Below, piece by piece: positions 1 to 13,904 of a stretch of DNA of 64,000 nt. How positions within the stretch are numbered: the first letter of the stretch is position 1; each line of letters starts with the position of its first letter. Below the pieces are notes generated by a model that was given only the letters and a program-made list of their open reading frames with translations, did not search any database and had not been told where the DNA came from. Source of the stretch: Phoronis australis (taxonomy: Eukaryota; Animalia; Phoronida); assembly GCA_002633005.1 (NCBI GenBank), contig NMRA01000004.1, positions 176,353 to 240,352 of the forward strand, given 5' to 3'. Both the position numbers and the translations under genes were made by a program.

Positions 1-1920
1 TTTTGCAGTCAGGGGAAAAACTGGTATTTTTCTATTTGCTGTTTGGTTGTTTAAAGTGTGATTTTTCTTTAGATAGTGAACGAAAACATCCTTGAACTGA
101 ACCCAATATTTTCTTTTTACTTCCTGACATTGTTGTTGAAGTCTGATGACGATTTGAGAGTCAACAATTGATCTAATTAACATTTTGTGAATGACAGTGG
201 TTTCCACTGTACCTAGTAATACAAGAATATTTGACCACTGAAGTGAATCAATATAGTTATGATCTCACGCAGCTGCTGACATAAATTTGGCTAATGTCGT
301 GTATTTAGTTTCTGTTTCAGAATCAAAAGAAATGTCGTGCAAATTTAGGTTAACACCCAGTAAAAGAATATCAAAACTGGGAGTGGGCTTTTTGCCAAGC
401 AAGGCCACAAAACTTTTCAATATTTGGAGGTGGAAGGTTTACTCCAACAATTGATTCACTGTAAGGCCATGTAGTTGCAAACCAGGACAGGGTTCTCCCT
501 TAGCAAAAGTCTAAACTGAGATTTTGTGTCCTAATCCACCTTTCTGGTAATTCACAGAAGCAACCACAGTTGCTGAACACTTCCGCTAGCTGAGATTTTC
601 ACTGATATTTTCACAGCAAAAGAATAAAAGATAAGTACTAGAGTACTACTATACAGTACAAGTCTTTTTTTACCACTTACCATTGCTATTTCAAGTGCAA
701 AGCTCAAGTGTATAAATTCAGGATGGGTATATTAAGACTTGCCACTTTTAAATGAACATGGGCATTTAAAGGTAAAACATTTTGAAAATCAAGCCTGGGG
801 TATTGCTGTGCTGAAGGTGGGCATAACCCATGACCTGGTGCTAGAGCAGAGTTGAATTCCACATGCAAGAGTCTCCTGGGTAAAGCTAATGAGATCACAT
901 GTGTCGTGTGTCGAGAAGACTTGCCTGGTGATCTTCCTGGACCATAATCCATGAATGTGATCTTGCCAACTCAGGTTACATTCACTGCCATCCTGGGCAA
1001 GCAAGGACTCTTTGCGCAATAATGCTGATGATAATTCCATATTTTCATCATTTCAGCCGTGTGTGTTTATTTTTCCAGCCTTCTGTGACAGCCCATCAAA
1101 ACTTCATCATGTCTTAACTGCTCTAGGGTTTCCTCTAGTCCTAAACATTTATAGTTTTATATCTGTTGAATGTCTACCAGGATTCTTTACTGTTATTTGG
1201 TGCAGATAATTTGCAGATAAGGGTAATTCTATTTTGTAATATTTCTCCACAAAATATCTAGAAAATGTTTGTCTATATTTCTCATGGTTTGTTTTGTGAA
1301 AATTTTTTGAACAAGATTTAGTAAAGGTTCTATTGAAAAAAATGACAAGTGGAAAATCTGTATTTCCCAACAGATTGCTCACGTGCTCTTGCAGTAAAAA
1401 GTTGGCAATCCGCACTTTTGCTTTTGTTTAAGTTTTGCTTTTAGAGTGTTCTTGCTGAATTCTTTCAGACAAAAAAAACAAAAAAATGTACGAATCTTAC
1501 TTCCTGTCAAACACTTCCTTTCAAACGTTTTGTAAATAGTAAATACCTTCAATGCTCCAGTTCGGTTCCAATTGTAGCCAATGTTTTTCTTGCTGTGAGT
1601 GAATCCATTGGGAATGCCTATGGCATTTTTTATATTCCAACAAAAATTATTGCGAAAATCATCATTTTCCATTTTTCAAAAAGCTGTGTTGCTAAAAATA
1701 CTCCAATAATAACAGCTGCACTACACAAAGTGTTAAAATTATGAATAACTCTTTCCATTTATTTTTGTTGAAAAAGTTGACGAAGTGCAATTTCAGGGTT
1801 CTGCCATATTGTACTCTAAATTCGCAAAGCTTTATCCCAGCAGCAACCACTGTGCTATAACAATAACGAGATCAGTAACCCAACCGAATTTTTTTGATTT
1901 AGATTTGTGAAATCAAGTGA

Positions 1921-3162
1921 TTTTTATGCGCCCACATATTTGTATGTGGACGCATTATGCCGTCATCTCCGTCCGTCCGTCTGTTCGGGCGGCATCCGTC
2001 CGGCATCCGGCGTCCGCTGCTCTCTCTCCAAAACCCTTTGACATATGTTCATGAAATATGGCACATATGTTCCATTTATGAATGGGACAGCATGAGCAAA
2101 CTTTCGGACGGATCTGACTATCGGTGTGCCCCCTAGTGGCAATTTTATTTTTTTATGTTTACCTTTGTATCTTCAAATGTCCTTGACGGATTTTCATGAA
2201 ATGTAATATGTAGGCACCTATTAGTGAGGTGATGCTATCCTCCCGTTTTCGGATGGATTTGATGTAGTTTGCGCCACCTAGTGGTCATTTTTACTGTTTT
2301 CGAGTCTGTTTTTTGCGTCCACCCCTCTATCAACCAAACCGTTCAAAGGATGATTGTAAAAATTGTCGTGTATGTGCTTACTATAAAGAGGACGGTTTTG
2401 TTTTTGTTGCGTCTATGGCTGTATCTCCTAAACCGTTTGCAGGATCTTTACTTGATTTAGCAAGTGTATTTATATGATGTTGGCTACGGATGACGACGAC
2501 TTTCGGACAGATCTGACTATTGCTGTTCCCCCTAGTGGCAATTATAGTTTTTTACGTTTATCTCAGTATCTTCAAAGGTCCTCATTGACAGATTTTCATA
2601 AAATTTTAAATATAGGCATCTATTGGTGTGGTGACGCTATCTTCCTGTTTTTGGATGTAATCAAGGTATTTTGTTACACCTAATGGCCATTTTTTGCTGT
2701 TTTCAAATGTTGTTTTTGGTATCCACTCCTGTATCAACCAAATCATTTGAAAATTGGCATATATGTTCTCAGTGTGAAGACGACCTTTGATGATGGTGAC
2801 TGACTACTGTGGCGCCTCCTAGTGGTAGTTTTGTTTTGTGCCCATAGTTGTATCTCCTAAACCCACTGCAGGATCTTAGTAAGTGTTTTTATATGAAGAT
2901 AACAACAGACGACGACGACTTTCAGGCGGATCCAACTGACCCTGTGCCCACTAGTGGCAATTTCATTTTATTCTGTTTTCTATTGTTTCTCGGAAGTTCC
3001 TTGACAGATTTTTATGAAATATGGCATCTTCCTGTTTTTGGATGGATTGTATGGTTTTGCGCCATCTAGTGACCATTTTTATGATACAAATAAATAACCC
3101 TAAAAGCACACCATTTGCAATGCATTCGTGGGCGCATTTCAAGGCTCATCATTGCTCTTGTT
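1921..3162 (+). mobile_element. Non-autonomous Helentron-associated element (HINE/DINE-1-like) with internal ~400-bp tandem units
   Basis: Starts in a T-run with ATGCGCCCAC (1926-1935, part of a 5' hairpin to 1955). Has a (CCGT)n microsatellite at ~1968-2015 and repeated internal units (GACGACGACTTTC-like blocks at ~2100, 2490, 2910). The inverted subterminal copy GTGGGCGCAT is at 3128-3137 and the element ends CTTGTT. This matches the established DINE-1/HINE architecture. Confidence 0.75.
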
Positions 3163-5361
3163 ATTTCTGTTTTGATCAAATTCAAGTATCAACTAGGCCA
3201 ATCTGAAAGCAATTGATCATTTCATACAATGCATGATTAATCAGGAAATTAAATTTTTACTGTCAATTTGATTATGAGATTTTGGTCAATATGATTATTT
3301 CGTTAGAATAGTTTAATACATGTATCAAACTACAGTAGGGAGTATGAACAGGTTGTTTGTGGGGTCCATTATAGTCGTCACTTTAAAACAGATCTCTTAC
3401 TCTAACGACTTAACCATGAAGTACAGGAACTGCCAGACACGGATAGCAAACAGATTCTTAAAAACTGGTAGATAAGAACCAGTTACAGGGACCAGCAAAC
3501 TTTACTCGAAACTTTACTAGAAAATCTATCAGTTACCTGTCATGGTTCAAAGTGGAAACGGTAAATTTTCTCCCATAATTCAACAGTGTTAGTTGACAAT
3601 AGTAAAAGGTCTTGAGCTTGCTCACGGTTCTCTGGCCTTTTACTTAGGTGATCTTTTGTTATCGCGTCAAACTCACAAGAAATTCGCTTCGGAATGCAAC
3701 CCTTTTCCAACTTCATAGTTTCCAAAGTTCTTATGGACTACAGTTTGTCTTTGTCTATTTCTATCAAAGGGTCGCTGTGTGGTTTTATCATGACCTTGGT
3801 GTATTTGGTTTTTGTGTTATTTTACGTATTTTAAATCAACACTTAAATTGTTTCTTAAAGCTGTGGGACATACTGGGACAAATGTTGGGGATTGTATCCA
3901 GCGTGTTTCCTGAAGTGAATTCTTGATGTCGCCTAGATTCACACGCTGTCCATACCATTCGCTCCAAATTGTTCAACGCTGCAAACTACTAAACAAGTTC
4001 CTTTTCATGTCCACAATCACACAATTGGTACAAAATCTCCCGTTGAGTGACAGGCCATTTTTGATGGGTTTGTTTTATTTAAACACTGCCTGTCAGCTTT
4101 CATAATTTGATCGATGCAGTGAAAATTGTAGGTTATGCAGTTTTTGTGATTGATGTAATTGGGTGGGCTGGATGAAGTAACGCAAATCTCTCTTCACTAA
4201 CAGTGGTTTGATCCATTGTCTGTGTCCACAGATGCTACATGCTATTTATTTGTTCTGCCCAGTTGCCTTTACAAACAGCTATGTTTCCATCTTGCCCATT
4301 ATCATCAAGACTGAGATATATAAACAAAAAGTTCATCTGACGCCCTAACCATTGAGAAGTCATTTGAGAACCAAGCCCTTTATCTTTTGTTTGAAGGTGC
4401 CCTTTTTGTCGCCGTGAAATAAATTGTTTTTTCAAAGAGCATATGAATTATTTGCAAGACTTGAATGACTTGCAAGAGGGATTGTGACGATTATTTCAAT
4501 GTAAATGTTTTCTCATGTGAAAACTTTACCAGAAACTGATTGTTGAATTTTGACTGGATGCCAAAATTGTTATAAGTCTCAATTTGTAACATGGTTAAGT
4601 TGATTTAGAGCAAAAAGAACATTTGTTGTTTTTGTTAAATTTCGTATTGACAGGGCATTTGTTGAATTAAGTAAATTGCTCAGGACCTGAAAAAATATGT
4701 ATTAAAACCGTATGTCGTACAATTTGGAATATTGCTTATGGCATATTGCCCATTGGGGATTTGTAAATAATCCAGTTTTCTTTTGAGCGAAAAGTTATTT
4801 CTCAGATTTGGATCGTTTTTCCATGAGCCTAGTAAAGCAAGTTGATTACAGTCGAGTTAGCTTGGGGCATATTTTGACATATTTGTAAAAATAAAAATAT
4901 ATTTCTGGTCCTGGTGTATGTTTTAATTGCATCTTAAACATAAACTTAGATAAGATATCTGAGTTAGCGGTTTCCATGTTTTCACTGTGCGTATGTTTGA
5001 TAAAACGTCTTGATGTCAATGAATTATTTTTAACAGTCTGTGAAAGTAAAGCTGAGTGACTTTTGTTCTTTGGTTTCTAGCTGAACTCCCCTTTTGCATG
5101 TGGTATGGTTTTGAAATGAATGAATCCCCAGAGAGCAGGCATAGTGATAGTCCATGTGTCTGAAATACATCAGATGTAAATGTTTGTATTGTTTCCATTT
5201 GTTGACCCTTCACCTTGTGTTTAGCCTGTGGGAATAGAACTCATGAGACTCACTCTCAAAGCACAGTAATTCTTGAATGGAGGGAACCTGTTGTTAAAGT
5301 GGCTAATGCTAACCCTTATTTCCATCTTATGAGTGACAGCTGTGTCTGGTACTGTCTCCCC

Positions 5362-5542
5362 AAATTGACCTATCGCCAGGATTTCGAGTGACGGCTTCAC
5401 TAACCAATTAGAACGTAACATTTTTGAAACATCTTAGTTTCCAAGCCGCCATTTTACCCGACAAACAACACGTTACTTGGTATAACTTATTGTTTGTTTG
5501 TGGACATTTCGCAAGGGGGCGGAGCTTGCGATAGGTCAATTT
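5362..5542. mobile_element. 181-bp MITE
   Basis: Perfect 15-bp terminal inverted repeats AAATTGACCTATCGC / GCGATAGGTCAATTT; no ORF. Confidence 0.65.
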
Positions 5543-7353
5543 CAAGCAAAAGGCTAATTTTGTTCTTTTCTTCATTTTTCTGAGGCTTTACGGTTGTGGT
5601 AAGTGCTCACAATTTCCTCAGAATCATTGCCAGAATGTGGCTATAGTATCTAGTTCTTGAAAAAAGGATTTATAATTTATTCCGTTTTGTGTTAAAAAAA
5701 ATAAAAGATGAACATCCATTTTTCAGTCACATTTTGTCTCAAATTGGTGACATTTTACCAAAAGTCCAGTAACACTGATTTGTAGGGACAAAGTCTCATT
5801 AATTCCGGACAAAAATAATTGATAAAACACCTCATTCCTTATTTTTCTGTCTTTTAGCACTGTTGCAAATGGCCACTTAGTTTTCTGAAATATTATCGGT
5901 TGGTACTGGTAGTGTACAGAACTTGAACACCACTGACCATTATTTTTGTGCTGCACATCTAAAGATGCATACATGAGCAAATAATTTTGTCAAGTTTCTC
6001 CACAGAAATGAAACTAAGAAATTTTAGTCTATAATTTTAACTGTGATTGAATTGCGCAGACGTGATACTACATACGTGGGTAAAGTTTACAAATAGCTAG
6101 GTACAGACGAAGAATGAAAATACGCTCTGCTTGAGATTTTTGAAAGAGCTCGCATGGGGGTCTGTTTCATCGGGGGTCTGGTCAGAAATGTCTGATCGGA
6201 AATCCCGAGGTTGTTGGTTAGCTCTGTTTTTGAAGTTGACAGGTTTGACCACCTCACAAGTTGAAGTCTAATGTTTCAGGTAATTAATGTCTCTATTGGT
6301 GCTTATATGGATAATAGTTGGATTCATATTTCTCATTTCCTAGTGGTATTATGGTGTTCTTGAAGCTCTAATGTTTGCGCAATTTTTGTTTAATTCTTTG
6401 TGCAATAGCAGCTCTAGCTTGTTCTGATGATGAAAAATGATTAGTGCATTGTCCGTGTTTGTTCAGCATGGTTTAAAAGTACACTCTTCGCAAAAAATCC
6501 AATAAGTAGATATGAACACTAAAGATGAACTCGTGAAGGCAACTTAGTGAGACTTCGGTTACACTTATCATTTAGACAATGTTCAAACAAATTTTGACCA
6601 TTTGGATATCTGTGAAAGTAGCTCAGACTGATGGATGCAAAGTTTACTGTATACGCGCGTCCCTCGAGCGAGTTGTTGAAACTCTTGCCAATATCCACTG
6701 GAAAGGTGATCTTTTATGCTCATCCACTACGTCTGGATCTGCATGGACTTTGCTTCTATCATTTCAAACTTGTGCATTACTTCGTTTTCTGATAAATTCC
6801 GTCCAGACATTTTCTACACACAATGGGACCTTGGTCTGCATAATTTTGTTCTATAAAATTTGTACTCTGCTGTGAGGCCATCATGGGGCCATTCTGATTA
6901 GTTTGAAGCTTTGTGCTTCATTGTGCATGTGGTCATGCCCACAGACATAATTTCATCAGACTAGGTTTGTATAGCAGAAACTCTTCAAAATGTGCTAATT
7001 AATAAACCAATACAAGATGTAAACACTCTCTGTTTTGATAGCTGGCTGGCTTTAGTATTTGTGATGGTTGTCATGTGTTCTATCTGTCCTGGTTGACTAA
7101 CTGATCTACCAATAAACAGTAGATGTAATGCATGTGTAGAATTATGTGTGGATGTTTTTGAGATTTTGGGTGAAATCGTGGCGAAATAAGTAATTCTAAC
7201 CATAAATATCGGTGATAAGAATTGAACTGCCGTGTGAAAAGTTGTCATGGTCTAATAAAGTCACATTGTTTTACACAATAATTAACTTTTGAATAAGTCA
7301 TTGTTATTGTTTTTAACTACACACTCTAAATGTTGAGCATTTTCAATTTACAG

Positions 7354-7686
7354 AGTAGCAAGGGAAGATCTGACGAGGCTGTGGCAGCTGAAGCATTAGC
7401 CAATCACATGCGACATAACAACAGTTTCATTTACGAACTATTCCAAGCACTGTACCGGTCATCCTTGGAATGTCCGGCATGTCACGGGAGAAGCACAACC
7501 TTCGACCCCTTCCTCTGTGTCTCGCTGCCGATTCCTCAGCGACTGACACGGCCAGTTTACGTGACAGTCGTCTATTTGGACGCCCGTCCCAAGCAAGTAC
7601 GTCTTGGACTGTCTGTCATTGCGAACGCCACTGTGAAAGACCTACGGGAAATGTTGGCATTGGATATTGGTGTAGCGGCAGATAGG
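7354..7686 (+). CDS. USP31: USP31/USP43-family ubiquitin-specific protease, exon A (first exon in window)
   Basis: cag|AGT ... AGG|gtaagt, phase 0-0. Encodes SFIYELFQALYRSSLECPACHGRSTTFDPFLCVSLPIP (USP box with CxxC). Confidence 0.93.
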
Positions 7687-8885
7687 GTAAGTCAGTAGTC
7701 ATTTTCTTTATTGCAAATTTGTAGGTGGTGAAGTAATAGTCATGTCTTTCAACTCTGCTCTTTCACGAAAGCAGAAAAACGCATTGGACTGTCGACCTAG
7801 TTTTTGACATGTTAGGCTGCAAACACACTTCTGAGCAGAGTCGCCCAACTCTGCTTGTCAAATTTCTTCTTGTCTCGTCATGGCAACTCAATAAGCTTTA
7901 TCATGGTGTTAGAATGATGAATATTTTGATGTGGAAGCAATGAGCAGTAGTGGGATAAATGTCTGCTGCGTTTTTACAGCCAAATCAGGGGCGCTGTGTT
8001 AGTTTGGGACGCGCTTATGTGTCTGTGTATTCTGATGCAAACCACTTAAAATTTGTGACTTGTTTAGGCCTTACTCTTTGTCATGTCTGTTGTTAAAATG
8101 CATCTTTACCTCTTGATGGGGTGAGCGTCTACATTACACAGCCTACCCCTTGTGACATTGTGGACGCCTATACATGTACAATCACAAGCTGGTAGTTGTA
8201 TCTTGGCTGCTTGTTTGTAACAGTTATCCCAAACAAGCCTACTCTACCTTGATAGGGATGCGAAAGTTGTGTCCCATCGGTCTCATGTTGTCACGACGCA
8301 AGTCATGACCACAGTGGGGTAAATTTTTGAATTTTGGAATGGACAATGTTGCCTATGTCTAAAATTTGGTGCTTGCTCCAACCTCGAACAACATTTTTTT
8401 TTACTGTCCTTAACTGGAAATTTCTTAACCATGCTTGTGAATCTGGCAACATCTCGTTCCTAAAGTTATTTCTTATAGTTTAAGAGACTTTAAAAGAACT
8501 AGTCTTGGGAACCAACCATCACCTTATTTAAATCTCCAATGTTCACATTGGTGTGAACATTGCCTAAATTCCCCCTTGTTACTGAAATCATTTTAGCCCT
8601 GTGAGTTTGCATTAGTGACCTTAGTCCCTAACTTCTCAACATTGAAGTTGAGCCAGTCCATAGCTTGTATCATTGATTTTATAGTATGGTAAGGCTGGTG
8701 TGTATCAAGCTGACCTTCATTCCATTGCAGAGTGGTCATCACCATTTAGTGGCAGAAGTATAGATCAGAATTCCAAGAGTAGTGTTGTGCGTTGTCAGCC
8801 GATTTGTTATTACTTGTTTGAGACTTAATCAGATGTAATTCTATTTTTCTTGATGAAATCTATCACAGTCAAGTATGTACTGTAA

Positions 8886-9570
8886 GGCCCTTTCCACATA
8901 CAGTTAATTTGCTACTCCTGAAGCTTCTGGTTAACCGCAGAGTTAAGTGTTAGGTGTTCCCTTCAGCTTCAGATTTATAGTTCAGCGAAGTTATATTAAG
9001 GCGACGCTAATATGATCTTTGATCACATGGCCTTGCTGTTTTTGACTGCTTGCCTTCAAAAATGGCAAGGATCTCTCCCTCTCCCCAGATGGAAACTAGA
9101 ACGTCAACTTCACAAGGCAGAAAACGGATGCCATGTTGGGATGATGATGATGTACTAGAAAATGATGTAATGAAAAATTCGACTCTTGAGCAGGTTAACA
9201 GGTGATCCAAGCAAAGGTGGTATGGCATGGCGGGAACTCATTTTGCATACTCTACACATTCAGAGATTTTTTAATGTAAAGAATTCCCCAAATATGTGGG
9301 TAAATTGAAACAGAATGCCAAAATGATAATTATTAGAACAAAGTATTAACAAATATCCAGTCACCGCACACTGTTGGCAAACGTAGACAGTGACCCCTGC
9401 CGATAGCTCCCATGGCATCGAAGTTAAGTGTTAACTTTGTAGCCAAGTGTCAACACTTCGCTGTTAAATCCACCTCTTTACTTGGGAGTAAACTTGCGTT
9501 GTTAACTTCAATTCAAGACCGACGTTTAGTGTTCCCATAGGTCGAAGCTTCGGATTCAGTGGTAAAGGCC
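8886..9570. mobile_element. Degenerate PIF/Harbinger-like MITE
   Basis: Imperfect TIRs GGCCCTTTCCAC / GTGGTAAAGGCC, preceded by TAA; GAAGCTTC near both ends. Confidence 0.45.
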
Positions 9571-11131
9571 TTTTTTAAAAGTCAGTTAGATCAACCACTC
9601 CTGAATAGGTAGAATTTTTCTGGCAATCTATGGTGCGTGAGTCTTTGTCAGAGCTAATCATAATATTTCACACTGCATTGTATGGAGGTCACTTAAGATG
9701 TATCTCAGGCCCCAAGATCCACAAATGTTAACTGAAACTTCAGCTCAGATGGGTTTTTTCTTGCTCTACATAACTCTTGTCATGTTGCTTTTGTATACCG
9801 GTAATTGAAGCCCAAACAATTTGACTGTCTCATGTTCAGCCACTGATCCAGGATTTTGTCCAGGGGGTCCAATAAGGGACAAACATAGTGGGTACTTGAG
9901 ATCCTTCATAGCAATGTAATAAATGACCACCCTTGATCCCCTCTGCATCTATGCCTGTCATTTAGATTTCTGTGCCAGCCACAGGATTTTTAATTGCATT
10001 TAGTGGTGCAGGCTTGAGCCCAGCCTGAAGTTCATCCCCACCCCCTGAATACTAGGCTCCTTGTCTGAAGTCTGGGAAGACCTTCACATGCTACTTGCCT
10101 GGGAGCTATGTATGGCTTATCAGGTCATGGGATCTACTCAATACACATATCATATGGTACTGGTGTTTTTTCAAACATGGAACTTGTTTTACTTAAGGGC
10201 TATATTCTAATGAAGTCCAGTTCCCATAATATAAGAACCTTAAAACATTTTCAGTCTCCTCTCTAGAGACCTACATTTTCAATTTCACTGTTTGTTTTGC
10301 TTAAGGTAAATGCATGGTATCTCACGTAATATTTATTTTGGTGTCTAAATAACACAAAATTCTATGATCAATGTCACTCAAACTGTGGCTTACGGTATTA
10401 AAACATATTATATAAATTCCCATTATTTATACCAACATGTCCTATTTTAGACCCCTGAAACTTTTCAAAAGGCAAATTTTTATAATTTCAAATGAGCTTG
10501 TTTCATTTCAAACCATTTCCATGGTTTTATTGACGATCTCCGAATAGACGTAGCACACATTATTTTGACATGGACTTGGTGTCTCCAGTCAATAGATTTT
10601 TGCCATGGGTTACTATGTTGCCCTCAGACATAGATCTTGATTTAATCTTGTTGGGGCGGGTGTAGGATATCACAAAGGGGGACAATCACTATTTTCCACC
10701 AAAAATGTCTGCGTAAGTCCTATAAATGGCATGCTGGCAGGGTTTTTTCTCTTTCTTTTTGGTTGTGTCCACCTAAATCCACCTGTGTGTTGTTCTTGGC
10801 AATCCCACAAACTTCACAGCAGCAACACTTCATGCCAACCCCTGCTGTTCAACTGGTCACATGATGTTATTGTAACAATTGATCTGGCTGTATTGTGGTT
10901 CTCTCAGTTGGTGGTTTCTGTGAGGATTACTGTTGAGGTTGAGCCATCAAAGACCTTAATAGGCCTATAATTGACAAGAGTGTTAACTCCTGTCATGGCA
11001 GCCAGTTACTATGAATGGGATTGGAAGCAGTGATTTGAACTATGGTAGTTGTCAAGTGAACTGAAGGTTCATGAATGGGTTTGGACTGAATTGTCATTAA
11101 TTGATGAAAACCAGTTCTGTCTTGTCCTTTT

Positions 11132-11224
11132 CATTATTGTTGCTATTAATATCGTTATTATCATTATTACTATTACTATTACTATTATTATTATTATTGT
11201 TATTGTTGTTGTTGTTATTATAAT
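11132..11224. repeat. (ATT/GTT)n microsatellite
   Basis: Trinucleotide run; it explains the poly-Ile ORF 11049-11423. Confidence 0.9.
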
Positions 11225-11504
11225 TCACATATCATTTATAGGCTTATGCATTACAAAAGGAATACAACAATTCAAGAAATACACAAAGAAGTTATCTAAC
11301 AGTCAGTGTTCTATCATTTTTAACGAAGTCTGCACCAGAGACAAACTGCTAGATACTGATTTGGCTTCAGCACCCAGGCACTTATTTACAGTCCCAGCGC
11401 TTATTCTTCAATTTGTTAAATGACTGTAAAACTTTGGTATCCCTATTATCCCATAAATTAGTTCTCTAACAGATAGCATGCTGAGAAGTACTGGGATTTT
11501 CCAT

Positions 11505-11920
11505 AGATAAGCCCACCCGATTGAATGCCCATGGGCATTTATTTGGAAAATAATGCTGAATACAGACAATGGGCGTTTATTTGGTGTTACAACTTTTGGT
11601 GTCAATTGTCCAGACAGTGGGGCCTTTATTTGGAAATTTTCCTCTTTAAAGCCCACTCAGCGTCAACTTTTTTCACAGATTAGTTTTGTGGAGCATTTAT
11701 CATTTTTAAAAACGAACAAGGTGTTGGCGAACAATGCATTTATGAACATAAAATTTAAAAACTAAGTTTAAGTAAAAAATGTCAAAGTCAGCAAAACTAT
11801 GACTTTCCGTTTACATGCCCCCTTTTCCGAATAAACGCCCAGGCATTTATTTGGTGTTGGCTAAAACACCTTAAAATTTTCATTTTCCGAATACACGCTC
11901 ATGGCTTATCAACGGCATAT
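11505..11920. mobile_element. Degenerate DNA-transposon relic with AATAAACGCCC/GGGCGTTTATT motifs
   Basis: Several GGGC(A/G)TTTATTTGG copies and inverted CCGAATAAACGCCC; same motif style as the element at 26398. Confidence 0.4.
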
Positions 11921-12317
11921 GCTGAAAGCTTTCGAACTACTTATAGTGAATAAACTCTCAAAGTCATATACCTCTATTGGTAATTATCTTAAGGGTTGCG
12001 AGGGTTTAGAAGTTTGTGTTTGTAGGTTCCTTATCATGGTTTGTGAATCCATCCAACTCAAAAATAAATTCTCTTGGGTATGCTATTTTTGACAGCTTCG
12101 ATTGGCTCCCAGCAATTATTCAAAACCTGGTGCTTATTCAAGACCCAGCACTAATTGCGCATTGAACTTTTAACTCTTGCAGCTAATTCGTGACCAGCGC
12201 TTATTCAACTCCTAGCTTTTGATAAGCCAACGCAATATAGATAATTTAGAACTTGTTAGGAGATTGCATCCCGTGAAACACAGAAACAAGATGTATATGT
12301 GCAGAATCTTATATTAA

Positions 12318-12905
12318 TGTTACTGTAGGACTCCTAGCATAATGTCTAAATTTGGCTTTATTCAGTGCATCATATTCCAGAAATGACTTATCGGATTCGT
12401 ATGAAACTTTCAAATATTATGCTTTATACACTGTTCCCCAATGTGTTGTTAGGAACTGTTTTTTAAAAAGCTCCACTTCTGCGTTAGGGGCTATCAAATA
12501 TATGATTTTTATGATTTTCATGATAAAGTTCCATGAAACAAAACGATCATTTAGAAAACTGTTCCAGCTTTTTGAGTTCTCATCTTGAGCATTTACATCA
12601 AAGTAAATTTAATTATTTTATTGACATGTTGGTTTGATTTCAAAGTATCTTTGTTTTGGGCTAAATTTTATCAAGAATTCATTGGCACATGACCCAATTA
12701 ATGACGATGTTAAAATGTGAAAAATCAAATTCTATACGCTCTCTACTTTCAGGACATTACGTAGTTTTAACGAGTTAAAATCTGTAGGTTTGCAGGTATC
12801 TCTAAATACATAGAAAATTACGTATATATGAGTTAAAAGTCTATAGGTTTGCAGATATCTGTATAAAAACACAGACATGTTGATAAGCTCCAATCCTACA
12901 TAACA
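12318..12905 (+). mobile_element. Kolobok-like non-autonomous element, copy 1
   Basis: TTAA|TGTTACTGTAGG ... CCTACATAACA; shares GGATTCGTATGAAACT and other blocks with copies at 17945, 34537, 48772, 61395. Confidence 0.6.
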
Positions 12906-13904
12906 GTAAAACAAACAGTCAAATCCAAAAAGAACTGAACAGCTATATTGTAGATTGTGATTTCGGGTTGGTAACTCACAACTTTAACAGATATGCATAA
13001 AATATTTGTAATTAATAAGCGATTGGTTGAAGATTAATTTCACTCACAAAAATAGTAAAGTTTCATTTCAGGTATTGAAAAAATGTCATGGCTGCACTTT
13101 TTCTTTCTCAGTCAGTAGTTAAGAGCCATTGTGGTATTAACGTAGGCATCTGAGCTTTGATATTAAAAATAATGCAGTTACACTTTGATTTCCACTACTT
13201 TGAAGCTGTTTGTGGGGTGGGTGTTACTGTATGAACAGGAGAATCTAGGATCTATCTCCCACATTCATTTTATGACATGATATAAACCCCGGCACCAGAT
13301 ATCCTGCCTTGTATGTTCATGATAACCAAATGTACCAGGTGATGTATGACTCATTGTAAACTAAAATCAGTCATCATTGGACGTACATGCACTACAACAA
13401 ACTCTGGGTTCATGACGTATACATGATGGCGAACAGTTAAAAAGGTCATCGGTCTTTATCTAGGTCTACCAAACTTAAAAACATGAGTCATGAGTCATTC
13501 TCAGCAGAGTGGTGCACAGTACCTGCCCATTTCCTCAGGAGTGGCTCGTGTTTTCTCTATATAGCGTTTTTGTTAAGTTGATAAAATTTTTGTTATTGAT
13601 CAGAGCATGCGATATTAAAAGTATTGTTGAGTTTGTCAAATGTTGATGTATCGACATTTCGGTGTGTAGGTAAATTTAAAAGGAATTTATGGGACTCGGT
13701 TGTTTTTGAATATACAATTCTCATTGGTATTGATATATTGCTCTGGTTGGTCGATTCTATCACATGCAGTAATAATCCTCTGGTGACAAGCCGGTGGTCA
13801 AATTTTAGCATAATTCACAGTGTAGCTAGCCTTTGAGAATGGAAACTGGTAATTTTGTTGCAAAAACTCAATATTTATTGCATGATATGGGATGTGAGAT
13901 ATAT

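Noticed and set aside
1-7353. Upstream USP31 exons (Cys box GNTCF, QxDAQEF)
   Set aside because: No such motifs found; the short ORFs look random, so the region is treated as intron.
9838-9945. hAT-type MITE (also ~41352-41480)
   Set aside because: GATCC-type termini are too decayed to define boundaries or TSDs.
11049-11423. 124-aa hydrophobic ORF resembling a membrane protein
   Set aside because: Product of the (ATT)n microsatellite.
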